Source: a virus
Lineage: Duplodnaviria > Heunggongvirae > Uroviricota > Caudoviricetes
Length of the DNA: 21,468 nt
IMG/VR virus record: IMGVR_UViG_3300029058_000046
Direction: 5' to 3' (one strand)
This document shows, piece by piece, positions 1-8,145 of the stretch. Position 1 is the stretch's first letter. Every line of letters starts with the position of its first letter. Position numbers and translations under genes: made by a program. Under the pieces are notes generated by a model, which saw only the letters and a list, made by a program, of their open reading frames with translations, did not search any database and was not told the origin of the DNA.

Positions 1-2868
1 ACTGCTGAATCCGCTGCGACCCGTGCGGAAGCTGCTGCTGATCGTGCTGAAGAGATTGCCGGTGCAGTTGCGATGGAAGACGCAAGCCTTACAACTAAAG
101 GTGTTGTGAAACTTAGCAGTGCTGTCGACAGCACCAGTGAATCGCTGGCCGCAACGCCAAAAGCAGTTAAAGCAGCCAATGACAATGCGAATAGCAGGGT
201 GCCATCTAACCGAAAAGTTAACGGTAAAGCACTGACTGCGGATATCACATTAACGCCGAAAGATATTGGTACTTTAAATTCAGTAACGATGTCTTTCTCT
301 GGCGGGGCAGGGTGGTTCAAACTGGCTACGGTTACCATGCCACAAGCGAGTTCCATCGTTTACATCGCATTGATTGGTGGCGCTGGTTACAACGTCGGCT
401 CCCCACATCAGGCAGGCATTTCAGAACTGGTTCTACGAGCAGGCAATGGAAACCCCAAAGGGATTACAGGTGCTTTGTGGAAGCGTACAGCTGTCGGATT
501 AACGAATTTCGCCTGGATCAACACATCCGGCGATACATATGATATTTACGTTGAGATTGGCAATTATGCGACTCGTGTAAATATCCATTGGGATTGTACT
601 GCAAATGCGACAGTTTCTATTTATACATCGCCAACATATTCAGCTAGTAAGCCTTCCAGCGTTACCGATGGTGTTGTTTATACGATGTATAGCACACATC
701 AGAAACCGACGCCGTTAGATATTGGAGCACTGCCAACAACCGGAGGAACAGTTTCAGGTCCGTTGTCTGTTACTGGTGGGATCACCGGAACATTAAATGG
801 TAATGCAAGTACAGCAACGAAATTGCAGACGGCAAGATCTATCGGTGGAGTTGGTTTCGACGGTTCTGCAAATATCAACCTTCCAGGTGTAAATACTACG
901 GGTAATCAGAACACCACTGGTAATGCTGCAACTGCTACAAAACTTCAGACGGCAAGAACTATCGGCGGCGTGAGCTTTGATGGTACTGCGAATATTAATT
1001 TGCCAGGTGTTAATACGACTGGTAATCAGAATACAACGGGCAACGCGGCTACTGCTACGAAGTTGCAGACTGCGCGTACTATCAATGGGGTGTCGTTTGA
1101 CGGCTCGGCAAATATTTCCTTGTCGCCAGCAAATATAGGTTGCCCGGCATCTCCTACTGGTTGGTTAACTACAGGAAGTAATGGCGGAGCAATAACAACA
1201 GCACAGTTAGTGACGTTATTGCAAAATAATGGAGCATTTAACACAAAGTCATGGATTGCTCGATGTGCGTGGGCCTATGCCAATAGTGCAACCATACCAA
1301 ATAGTGAAACTGGTTGTGGCGTTATTCCATTGGCAGGAGCTGTTATAGAGGTATTTAATAACGGTAGTAGCTCAAACAATTATACGATCCGTATAACAAC
1401 GGCCACAACGACGAGTGTCTCTGGTGCTCTCACTAATGCGGAGTTTATCTATGTATTTAATGGCACAGATTATTCTCCGGGATGGCGAAGAGTATATAAC
1501 ACGAAAAACAAACCAACAGCCTCTGATGTCGGTGCATTACCTCTTACCGGTGGTACATTATCTGGAGGTTTGACATCTTCTGGCGAGATCATTTCAAAAT
1601 ATGCAAATGGTTTCCGCATTGCTTACGGTAGCTTTGGGTTCTTTATCCGTAATGATGGATCGAACACATATTTCATGCTAACAGCATCAGGAGACACATT
1701 AGGTTCATGGAACGGTTTGCGACCTATTACAATTAATAATACCAGCGGTGCTGTATCAATTGGTAATGGACTAAATGTGACTGGTGGCGTAAATGGTAGT
1801 TTGAACGGTAATGCTTCAACAGCTACGAAGTTGCAAACAGCGAGAAACATCAATGGTGTTAAGTTTGATGGCTCAGGCGATATCAACATTAATACATTGG
1901 TATCTCGTGGCCGAGTTACGGCGTTAAGCGGCTCTACTCAAGGCACTGCTGGCATTCAAATGTACGAGGCGTACAACAATAGCTACCCGACCATGTATGG
2001 CAACGTATTGCACATGAAAGGTGCGAGTGCTGCTGGTGAGGGAGAGTTGCTTATTGGCTGGAGTGGTACGAGCGGTGCACATGCGCCAGTTTTCATTCGC
2101 TCACGAAGAGATAACACAGGTGCGGCATGGTCAGCGTGGGCGCAGGTATATACCGCTAAGGATTCAATCCCTGGTGTGAATACAACTGGTAATCAGAACA
2201 CTACTGGTAATGCCGCAACCGCCACAAAATTGCAGACAGCAAGGAAAATTGCTGGTGTGGCGTTTGATGGCTCTGCCGATATAACTTTGACTGCGGCTAA
2301 CCTTAATGCTTACACGAAAACAGAGGTAACAAACCTTCTAAGTTCCTATGCAAGCAGATCATCACTGACAGGCTATAGTGGCAACCTGGATATTATTGCT
2401 GAAACACTGGTTGTCAAATCAGGCGGTAGTGGAGGGTTTGCTATATGGGATATTGGCACAACTACTAGCGGTGCCAATATGTACATTGATCCAAACCCAG
2501 GTATCAATACAGTTTGGCGTTCAACCTCTTCAAGGCGCTATAAAAAGGATATTGAAACATTACAAGATCGATATGCTGATGAACTTTTGTCATTAAGACC
2601 TGTTTGGTATCGTTCAATTTGTCGAGGTGACCGAAAGGATTGGGGGTATTACGGCCTTATTGCTGAAGAGGTTGGTGAGATTGCCCCGCAATATGTCCAT
2701 TGGCGTGAACCAACAAATAATGATTCTCCAGAAGATATTTCCTCAAATGGTATGGTCGCTGAAGGAGTGATGTATGAGCGTTTGGTTGTACCACTCATTC
2801 ATCATATTCAGCAATTGACCAAAAGGGTTGAGGAGCTTGAAACGAAGTTAAATTCACCTAAAGAATAA
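1..2868 (+). CDS. Phage tail fiber protein, 5' partial (frame 1 is open from base 1; the listed ATG at 73 is internal). C-terminal ~115 aa look like an S74-type intramolecular chaperone/autoproteolysis domain
   Basis: No stop in frame 1 from 1 to 2868. N-terminal segment KGVVKLSSAVDSTSESLAATPKAVKAAND is the conserved motif of phage tail fiber N-terminal domains. Gly/Thr/Asn-rich repeats follow. C-terminus STSSRRYKKDIETLQ...GLIAEEVGEIAP matches the Ser/Lys signature and G-[FL]-IA-[QE]-EV block of self-cleaving fiber chaperone domains (starts near 2521). Confidence 0.85.
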   Translation, partial: TAESAATRAEAAADRAEEIAGAVAMEDASLTTKGVVKLSSAVDSTSESLAATPKAVKAANDNANSRVPSNRKVNGKALTADITLTPKDIGTLNSVTMSFSGGAGWFKLATVTMPQASSIVYIALIGGAGYNVGSPHQAGISELVLRAGNGNPKGITGALWKRTAVGLTNFAWINTSGDTYDIYVEIGNYATRVNIHWDCTANATVSIYTSPTYSASKPSSVTDGVVYTMYSTHQKPTPLDIGALPTTGGTVSGPLSVTGGITGTLNGNASTATKLQTARSIGGVGFDGSANINLPGVNTTGNQNTTGNAATATKLQTARTIGGVSFDGTANINLPGVNTTGNQNTTGNAATATKLQTARTINGVSFDGSANISLSPANIGCPASPTGWLTTGSNGGAITTAQLVTLLQNNGAFNTKSWIARCAWAYANSATIPNSETGCGVIPLAGAVIEVFNNGSSSNNYTIRITTATTTSVSGALTNAEFIYVFNGTDYSPGWRRVYNTKNKPTASDVGALPLTGGTLSGGLTSSGEIISKYANGFRIAYGSFGFFIRNDGSNTYFMLTASGDTLGSWNGLRPITINNTSGAVSIGNGLNVTGGVNGSLNGNASTATKLQTARNINGVKFDGSGDININTLVSRGRVTALSGSTQGTAGIQMYEAYNNSYPTMYGNVLHMKGASAAGEGELLIGWSGTSGAHAPVFIRSRRDNTGAAWSAWAQVYTAKDSIPGVNTTGNQNTTGNAATATKLQTARKIAGVAFDGSADITLTAANLNAYTKTEVTNLLSSYASRSSLTGYSGNLDIIAETLVVKSGGSGGFAIWDIGTTTSGANMYIDPNPGINTVWRSTSSRRYKKDIETLQDRYADELLSLRPVWYRSICRGDRKDWGYYGLIAEEVGEIAPQYVHWREPTNNDSPEDISSNGMVAEGVMYERLVVPLIHHIQQLTKRVEELETKLNSPKE
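795..1127 (+). repeat. Tandem in-frame ~120-nt (40-aa) repeats inside the tail fiber gene; two full units and one partial, with dispersed extra copies near 1798-1880 and 2167-2285
   Basis: Unit NA(A/S)TATKLQTAR(S/T)IGGV(G/S)FDG(S/T)ANINLPGVNTTGNQNTTG recurs at protein level, but the nucleotide copies differ at many synonymous positions. Confidence 0.7.
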
Positions 2869-2880
2869 ACAACTTCAATC

Positions 2881-2903
2881 GGGGCTGGAACTAAACCAGC
2901 CCC
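2881..2903 (+). terminator. Stem-loop just after the tail fiber stop (8-bp GC-rich stem ggggctgg/ccagcccc, 7-nt loop); weak terminator or processing site, no U-tract
   Basis: Perfect inverted repeat read directly; followed by tgcttaaaag rather than a T run. Confidence 0.35.
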
Positions 2904-2928
2904 TGCTTAAAAGTATAAGGATATATTT

Positions 2929-3183
2929 ATGAGCTATGGTGCACAGGTTTGGTCGCCATCAAGACAGGAGATGGTCGATGCGTTGGCCCCTGTTTATTAC
3001 CTCGATTATTTTACTCCCTCTGGTTCAGGAAGTAGAACATATGAGGTTGAGGCGGGATTGGGAATCGACTATTACATAATGGACGTAACCAATGGAAAAT
3101 ACACAAGTCTTACGGTTTCTGGAAATACCATTTCGTGGTCTGGAGCTAGTGGTAATTTAAACATATTGGTTTTTCAAAAATAA
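2929..3183 (+). CDS. Hypothetical protein (84 aa), tail-fiber-associated by position
   Basis: ORF with aagga-like RBS upstream; stop overlaps the next start (TAATG at 3181-3185), suggesting translational coupling. No recognisable motif. Confidence 0.45.
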   Translation: MSYGAQVWSPSRQEMVDALAPVYYLDYFTPSGSGSRTYEVEAGLGIDYYIMDVTNGKYTSLTVSGNTISWSGASGNLNILVFQK

Positions 3184-3791
3184 TGTACGGAAGCAAGATA
3201 TATCGATCTGACGGGAAGGTCTGGATGTCTCCTTCTTTGTCTCCTATCGTTTTTCAGAGAAAGCAGGTTGTTTCTTTGTCCGGCGGGACAGAGTTTAACA
3301 CCCAAATATCTCCAGATCGTTCACCGATGATTTTTGTTGCCTATTCGAAAGCTGTTTCATTAATAGCCAACAGAATAGTGCGTAACAACCAGGTGATTTA
3401 CAGTTTCGGAGGTCAGGGTAGCGACTCTAGTGCCACGATATACGTATTTTCGAAAGGTATAGCCAAAAAAGAAACTTGGGGCATGAGTTTTTTCAATGCA
3501 CAAGGGGAGGAAATCTATAATACGGCAAATATCCCACTTTCATTTACCTTTCTTAATAATACGGAGTGGAACAGCTCTGGAGGGCATGTTTTTGATTACC
3601 CACCAGCGATAATCCCAACATATGCGAATGTGTTCGCTGTTCCAGTACCGGGCGGAGCCATGACAATGGTTTATGGATATGCGGCATATGGAAATACTGT
3701 TAGCTCGATATTCGTAAACCAACTTAATGGCGGCCATAGTTTTAGCGTAAATGGCAGAGTACCGGTAATAAATAGAAATCTGTATAACTGA
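3183..3791 (+). CDS. Hypothetical protein (202 aa), Ser/Gly/Asn-rich; possible fiber-associated or receptor-binding accessory protein
   Basis: Long ORF coupled to the upstream ORF, same strand as the fiber gene. No catalytic motif recognised. Confidence 0.5.
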   Translation: MYGSKIYRSDGKVWMSPSLSPIVFQRKQVVSLSGGTEFNTQISPDRSPMIFVAYSKAVSLIANRIVRNNQVIYSFGGQGSDSSATIYVFSKGIAKKETWGMSFFNAQGEEIYNTANIPLSFTFLNNTEWNSSGGHVFDYPPAIIPTYANVFAVPVPGGAMTMVYGYAAYGNTVSSIFVNQLNGGHSFSVNGRVPVINRNLYN

Positions 3792-3798
3792 TGAGTAA

Positions 3799-4032
3799 AT
3801 GATGAAAAGATTATTTCTAATAATAGCTGTTGTTCTCTCTCTTACTGGCTGCCAGAAATTGCCGACACCTATATGTTACGGTGAGGCTATCATTGGTGGA
3901 CAGGAGACAGTCATACCCATATATGCTGTTAAAAAAGTGAACGACTATACCTTATACAAAGCGGGTAGTATCTATAACTGGCGATGGGTAGGAGTAGGTG
4001 CTTTCTCATCAGTCCGTTGCAATGCTGAATGA
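3799..4032 (+). CDS. Small lipoprotein (77 aa precursor); possibly a Cor/Llp-type superinfection-exclusion lipoprotein
   Basis: N-terminus MMKRLFLIIAVVLSLTGCQK has a signal peptide and lipobox L-T-G-C. Size and position just downstream of fiber genes match Cor/Llp-type exclusion lipoproteins; the function is inferred, not shown. Confidence 0.6.
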   Translation: MMKRLFLIIAVVLSLTGCQKLPTPICYGEAIIGGQETVIPIYAVKKVNDYTLYKAGSIYNWRWVGVGAFSSVRCNAE

Positions 4033-4113
4033 TAGGTAGGTACACACCTACAATAAAAGGGTGAAATGTGATATAAATCCGCCATCCCGATTTGACTTTT
4101 CATGGAGGAAAAC

Positions 4114-4437
4114 ATGTCGAACGAGATGGCGAGCGTTACAACAGAGCAAGTTGAGCGTATTGCCGCGATCGTTGCTCGGGAGGTTGTTGGCAAATTAGGT
4201 AAAGAGCTACGTGAAGAAATTGGCCAGGAGGTCAATGATCAGCTGAAAACCTACTTTGGTGATATGACCCCGGCGCAACATAGTATTCAACACTCCAATC
4301 TGGACAAACTCCTTAACCGGTTAGATTCCATCTCCAGTGGGTTCTTTGGCGGCATTGTTTCTAAAATAACGTCGTTCATTATTACTGCACTGCTTTTGGG
4401 GTTAGCCGCGTATGGCGTAAAAAATGGACTGCAATAA
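4114..4437 (+). CDS. Holin-like small membrane protein (candidate first gene of a lysis cassette)
   Basis: GGAGG Shine-Dalgarno 6 nt before the ATG at 4114 (the track's ATG at 4102 has no RBS). Hydrophilic N-terminal part, one C-terminal hydrophobic segment (ITSFIITALLLGLAAYGV). Sits immediately upstream of the endolysin candidate. Confidence 0.45.
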   Translation: MSNEMASVTTEQVERIAAIVAREVVGKLGKELREEIGQEVNDQLKTYFGDMTPAQHSIQHSNLDKLLNRLDSISSGFFGGIVSKITSFIITALLLGLAAYGVKNGLQ

Positions 4438-4450
4438 CAGGAGATCAAGG

Positions 4451-5143
4451 ATGAAGACTCCGAGAGGCATTCGTAATAATAACCCCGGTAATCTTGATAA
4501 AGGATCACCGTGGCAAGGTCTGGTTGCGAATCCAGACGAACCGCGCTTTTGCACGTTTAAAGACCCTGTTTGGGGGATTCGTGCGCTGGCGGTGACTCTA
4601 ATTACCTACCACGACAAACGTCGCGCAAAAGACGGCTCAAGTATCGATACCATTCGTGAAGTTATTGAACGTTGGGCACCGCCGAATGAAAACAACACTG
4701 ACGCCTACATTAATGAGGTGTCTAAAGCCGTTGGTGTAACCGCAGACATGATCATCGATCTGCATGATTACGACATCCTTCGACCTTTGGTTGAGGCAAT
4801 CATTCGCCACGAGAATGGTCGAGGTCCACTAAAAACGCTGAACACCTGGTATGCGGCAGAAGTTATTGAGGAAGGTCTGCGTCGAGCCGGCGTCGTTAAG
4901 CCGGTGAAAACCGTGAAGGCTGTTCCTGTAACTAAAGAAACCGCAGGCGCAACTGTCACAGCAGGTATTGGTCTGGCGCAGCTTGCCGATGTTATGCCGC
5001 AGGTTTCCGCTGCTATGGATAAAGCACAAGGTCATATCTCTAGCGGGGATACAGTACGCATCATCTTCGGTATTGCCACTATTGTTGTGGCAGGATTCAT
5101 TGCCTGGTCGCAGGTAAGAAAACACCAGAAAGGGATGGTCTAA
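4451..5143 (+). CDS. Putative endolysin / peptidoglycan hydrolase with a C-terminal hydrophobic anchor
   Basis: AGGAG RBS 8 nt before the ATG at 4451. Conserved-looking N-terminal motif GIRNNNPGNL. C-terminal hydrophobic helix IIFGIATIVVAGFIAW. Flanked by a holin-like gene and a spanin-like pair. The enzymatic family is not assigned. Confidence 0.45.
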   Translation: MKTPRGIRNNNPGNLDKGSPWQGLVANPDEPRFCTFKDPVWGIRALAVTLITYHDKRRAKDGSSIDTIREVIERWAPPNENNTDAYINEVSKAVGVTADMIIDLHDYDILRPLVEAIIRHENGRGPLKTLNTWYAAEVIEEGLRRAGVVKPVKTVKAVPVTKETAGATVTAGIGLAQLADVMPQVSAAMDKAQGHISSGDTVRIIFGIATIVVAGFIAWSQVRKHQKGMV

Positions 5144-5144
5144 T

Positions 5145-5396
5145 ATGCTAGGCAGCCTGATGACAAAGCTAAAAGTTGCTTTGATTACGCTGGCTGCCGT
5201 TCTTTTCGTTCTTGTCGGCGCTTACACGATGGGCGGAAATGCGGCGCGACGAGCAATGGAAGAGAAGGCAAAACAGGAAGACAGAAAACGACTTCAAAGC
5301 ACAGTGGATGTCAAAAATGAAACGGTTAATGAAGTGCGGCAAAAAGATGCCTCTGGTGTTCATCGCGAGCTGTTTGATAAATGGGTGCGTGATTAA
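5145..5396 (+). CDS. Rz-like inner-membrane spanin (i-spanin) candidate
   Basis: 83 aa with N-terminal transmembrane segment (LKVALITLAAVLFVLVGAY) followed by a charged coiled-coil-like region. Start is 1 nt after the endolysin stop. Confidence 0.55.
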   Translation: MLGSLMTKLKVALITLAAVLFVLVGAYTMGGNAARRAMEEKAKQEDRKRLQSTVDVKNETVNEVRQKDASGVHRELFDKWVRD

Positions 5397-5544
5397 GACG
5401 CAGGCTCCAGGCGTGCTATTCTGCGATGCTGCAAATCCTATTTATGTGAGTAGAGAGGATTTTATGACTGAGGAAACGGAGCGACAGTTGCTTATCCACA
5501 ATACGATAGGTGAAAGGCTGTGTGAGTGGGGGCACCTGAACTGA
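5317..5544 (+). CDS. Rz1-like outer-membrane lipoprotein spanin (o-spanin) candidate, starting inside the Rz-like gene in the +1 frame and running past its end
   Basis: Out-of-frame ORF overlapping the 3' part of 5145-5396. Product has a short signal peptide and lipobox (MKRLMKCGKKMPLVFIAS-C). Start codon uncertain (5308, 5317 or 5329). Confidence 0.4.
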   Translation: MKRLMKCGKKMPLVFIASCLINGCVIKTQAPGVLFCDAANPIYVSREDFMTEETERQLLIHNTIGERLCEWGHLN

Positions 5545-5768
5545 GTCGATGATTGATGAGTGGTCTCAGTTTACCTTTTATCCTAAAGATGGCATCTTCA
5601 CTCATATACACGCCTGTTCACTCAAGCTCATGTTGAATCATTTAGTAATTTGATGTAGATTTATTAGGCATCCACGTAAGTGGGCACATACAGGCTACGC
5701 ATCCTCGTAGCCTTCAACCCCGAGAGGGGTGCCGCAATGACACTTGTGTTAACGGCTAAGGTGGACAC

Positions 5769-6152
5769 ATGCTGAACGAGAAACGTTCTATACAAACTAT
5801 TCGCGATTGCACGAGTATTATCGAGACTCATGTGCTGAATCAGCACAAGCTTGAAGTACGTAAGCTCAATAATGACGCTATTGAACCGGAAGACTCACGC
5901 TTCATCGTTACCTTCAAAGACGATGTTGAGCGCGCTGGTGCAAGCGTGAAGCCATTAGCTGAAGCAATTTACCTGAATGGTCGTGTTCGTTTTGTAGTCA
6001 AGCCAGCTAAACAGTACCCTGAGCTGTCTCGTTTTATCGAGGCTTTTTCGGAGGTTATTGAACATTCTATTCGCCGCTTCTTACGCAATCATGGTAGCAT
6101 TGTCAGCACGGTTAAGGCTGATGATTCTGCTACAAAATGGCTCCTACACTAG
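5769..6152 (+). CDS. Hypothetical protein (127 aa)
   Basis: ATG preceded by AAGGTGG Shine-Dalgarno; 3' end overlaps the next ORF by 16 nt. No recognisable motif. Confidence 0.55.
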   Translation: MLNEKRSIQTIRDCTSIIETHVLNQHKLEVRKLNNDAIEPEDSRFIVTFKDDVERAGASVKPLAEAIYLNGRVRFVVKPAKQYPELSRFIEAFSEVIEHSIRRFLRNHGSIVSTVKADDSATKWLLH

Positions 6153-6889
6153 ATAGCGCATATTCAAAAGATCTAAGCGAGTTTCCTCATAAAGGGGAGA
6201 CTCGTGTTGTTCGTTTTGGCTTTCTTATCAATGAAGCCTCCCTCTATAAAATCTCAGAAATTGAAATCATTGAACCAGAAGATGACATTTGCCTGTATGT
6301 CTCTATGGAACTTGTAGGTGCGCGCGACCAAGGCGACCTGAGCGAATTCATCTTAGATCGAGCGGATGAAGATGCCCCTGAAGAAGAGATTATCAAAGAG
6401 GTGCTCCAGTCCGGGCTTCTGGACGAAAACAAAAATACGATCGCTGGTAGGATAGCTCTGCGTGAATATAGTTTTGTTGAAGACGGTAATGAGATCGAAT
6501 GTTACCAGGTAGCCGGTGTCGAAACTGTCAGAGAGCGTCGTCAGCGAGGATTGTGTCACCGTACCTATCTCTTTCTTCTTCATTGGTATGAGCATTTAGT
6601 CTGCGACGATACACAAACCATTCCTGGTGCTAAGATCTGGGCAGGGCCTCTCATGCGAACCGGCGATGTGCGTATATACAATGCCAAAACAGAAACGTTC
6701 GAGGATGTGTTAGGCGAGTACGGGATGGGGAAAGAAACCGGATTTTTGCCGTGGAACAGAGGATTGTTGCTTGATGCAGAGTTAAGCTCTTGGCTCCCAA
6801 ACAAAGTGCAAGTTAACGTTCAGAAATTTATCGTACTTATCATCTCCCGCAAAACAAGAACTCCAGTAGGTTTATACCTAAAAGATTAA
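6137..6889 (+). CDS. Hypothetical protein (250 aa), acidic, no recognised domain
   Basis: Long ORF overlapping the preceding gene, followed directly by a strong intrinsic terminator. Confidence 0.6.
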   Translation: MAPTLDSAYSKDLSEFPHKGETRVVRFGFLINEASLYKISEIEIIEPEDDICLYVSMELVGARDQGDLSEFILDRADEDAPEEEIIKEVLQSGLLDENKNTIAGRIALREYSFVEDGNEIECYQVAGVETVRERRQRGLCHRTYLFLLHWYEHLVCDDTQTIPGAKIWAGPLMRTGDVRIYNAKTETFEDVLGEYGMGKETGFLPWNRGLLLDAELSSWLPNKVQVNVQKFIVLIISRKTRTPVGLYLKD

Positions 6890-6893
6890 AAAT

Positions 6894-6920
6894 CAGGCGA
6901 CTTTGGTCGCCTTTTTTGTT
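6894..6920 (+). terminator. Rho-independent terminator
   Basis: caggcgac-tttg-gtcgcc stem-loop followed by TTTTTTGTT, immediately after the stop at 6889. Confidence 0.75.
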
Positions 6921-7015
6921 AACAGCCATTGATTCTCGCCTAAAAATTCTAAGGCAGCACCTACCATTTAACCTTTACACCACAGCCGTAGGCATTTAGG
7001 CTATATCACATATAA

Positions 7016-7031
7016 GAAAACAAGTTGTTTC
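7016..7031. promoter_or_regulatory. Palindromic motif AGAAAACAAGTTGTTT upstream of the ParA gene; candidate operator
   Basis: Nearly identical copy (AGAAAACAATTTGTTT) at 9946-9961 upstream of the helicase gene. Both are inverted repeats AACAA-N-TTGTT, 34-50 nt upstream of start codons. Confidence 0.3.
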
Positions 7032-7065
7032 AGACGATAATTATATACGCAAAGGGAACTCTCCA

Positions 7066-7734
7066 ATGACCAAGATCTTTGTGGTTGGCGGCACAAAGGG
7101 CGGGCCTGGCAAATCCACCGTTGCCCAGCAAATTGCCGTTTGCCTGAAAGTCAAAAAGAAGAAGAAGGTTTATATCACCGATATAGATATTCAGCGCACG
7201 ACAACGAGCTGGTGTGAAGACCGTCGACAGAACGAAGACCTTGAGCTGATTCCTTTTGCATACGTTCAGGATGACATCATTAAGCACCTAAAATCGCTTC
7301 AGGGTAGAGCTGAGTATGTAGTGGTAGATGCTGGTGGCTTTGACTCCGAAATTCAGCGACAAGCGATGCTGATGGCCGACGTTATCATTATCCCGCTTCG
7401 TCCTAAGCGTCGTGATTTGAAATCTCTGCGTGACATCGATCCTATTATCGACAATGTTCGTAATGTAAACGATAAAGTGAAGGTCCGCGCGGTCATGAAC
7501 CAGTGCCCGGCTTTGCCATCACAAGTGTCTCGCATTCTGGCGGCTAAAGAGATTGTTGAGACGTTTGGCATCGAGTCTGCGCCAGTCAATCTATATAACC
7601 GCAACGTCTATGATGATGCGGAAGAGTCTGGTCGTTCTATCTTTGAAATGACCGGTAGCGAGCGCGACAAAAAGGCGGAAGCCGAGTTTGAAGAATTTGT
7701 AGATTATCTGTTGAGTCTGGAGGAAGAAGAATAA
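7066..7734 (+). CDS. parA: ParA/Soj-family partition ATPase (small, type Ib-like)
   Basis: Deviant Walker A box GGTKGGPGKST at the N-terminus, ~220 aa, acidic C-terminus. Followed by a small overlapping partner gene. Confidence 0.85.
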   Translation: MTKIFVVGGTKGGPGKSTVAQQIAVCLKVKKKKKVYITDIDIQRTTTSWCEDRRQNEDLELIPFAYVQDDIIKHLKSLQGRAEYVVVDAGGFDSEIQRQAMLMADVIIIPLRPKRRDLKSLRDIDPIIDNVRNVNDKVKVRAVMNQCPALPSQVSRILAAKEIVETFGIESAPVNLYNRNVYDDAEESGRSIFEMTGSERDKKAEAEFEEFVDYLLSLEEEE

Positions 7735-8093
7735 TGTCCATGAAAATGGGTGACCTAGCAAAGCGCAAAGAGCCTGATGCACCGGCTAAGAACACAACTC
7801 CTTTGCGCCAACCAGTCAGACCACAGGGACGCCCGACTCGTGGCAAAGAGAAAATTAAAAGCCGCACAATGTCACTGGAGGACGAATACTTCGAACTGCT
7901 GGAGATGATGAAGTTCATCCCTCGCTTCGAGAAGTTCACTCGTTCTGACGTGATTCGAGCAGCCATTTTCCATCTGGCAGAGAAGTCACCGCAGGAAATC
8001 GAGGACATCGTGAAATTGAATGAGGCGATCACCGCTGCCGATGTCACGATGCGTACCGATGAAATCAAACGAGAGTTGATGAAGAAAGGTTAA
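7734..8093 (+). CDS. Small partition partner protein (ParG/ParB-like centromere-binding candidate)
   Basis: 119 aa; start overlaps the ParA stop (TAATG). Basic, probably disordered N-terminus and a C-terminal region (MSLEDEYFELLEMMK...) compatible with a ribbon-helix-helix type Ib partner. Assignment is by context. Confidence 0.45.
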   Translation: MSMKMGDLAKRKEPDAPAKNTTPLRQPVRPQGRPTRGKEKIKSRTMSLEDEYFELLEMMKFIPRFEKFTRSDVIRAAIFHLAEKSPQEIEDIVKLNEAITAADVTMRTDEIKRELMKKG

Positions 8094-8098
8094 AAATC

Positions 8099-8129
8099 AT
8101 GCATTGGCGCGTACATTGCGCCAATGCAT
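8099..8129. terminator. Palindrome between convergent genes; candidate bidirectional terminator
   Basis: atgcattggcgc-gtacatt-gcgccaatgcat: 12-bp perfect stem, 7-nt loop, between the + strand gene ending 8093 and the - strand gene ending 8146. No clear U-tract. Confidence 0.5.
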
Positions 8130-8145
8130 AACTACAGTGTCAGCT

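Noticed and set aside
312-2596. Short ORFs embedded in or antisense to the tail fiber gene (312-542, 1026-1244, 1623-1889, 2378-2596)
   Set aside because: They lie entirely within a long, well-supported CDS with conserved motifs, in other frames or on the other strand, and show no RBS or recognisable domain; most likely spurious.
73-2868. Diversity-generating retroelement targeting the tail fiber
   Set aside because: No reverse transcriptase gene and no template/variable repeat pair with adenine-specific differences; the repeats are in-frame protein repeats.
6920-7065. Iterated centromere repeats (parS/parC) upstream of the ParA gene
   Set aside because: Only weak, irregular similarity between short segments (cattgattctc, aaattctaag, catttaacc, catttagg); not convincing direct repeats. 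The palindromic 16-mer is reported separately.
7353-8068. Antisense ORFs within the ParA and partner genes (7353-7604, 7591-7782, 7637-8068)
   Set aside because: They overlap strongly supported + strand genes and show low-complexity composition; treated as spurious.
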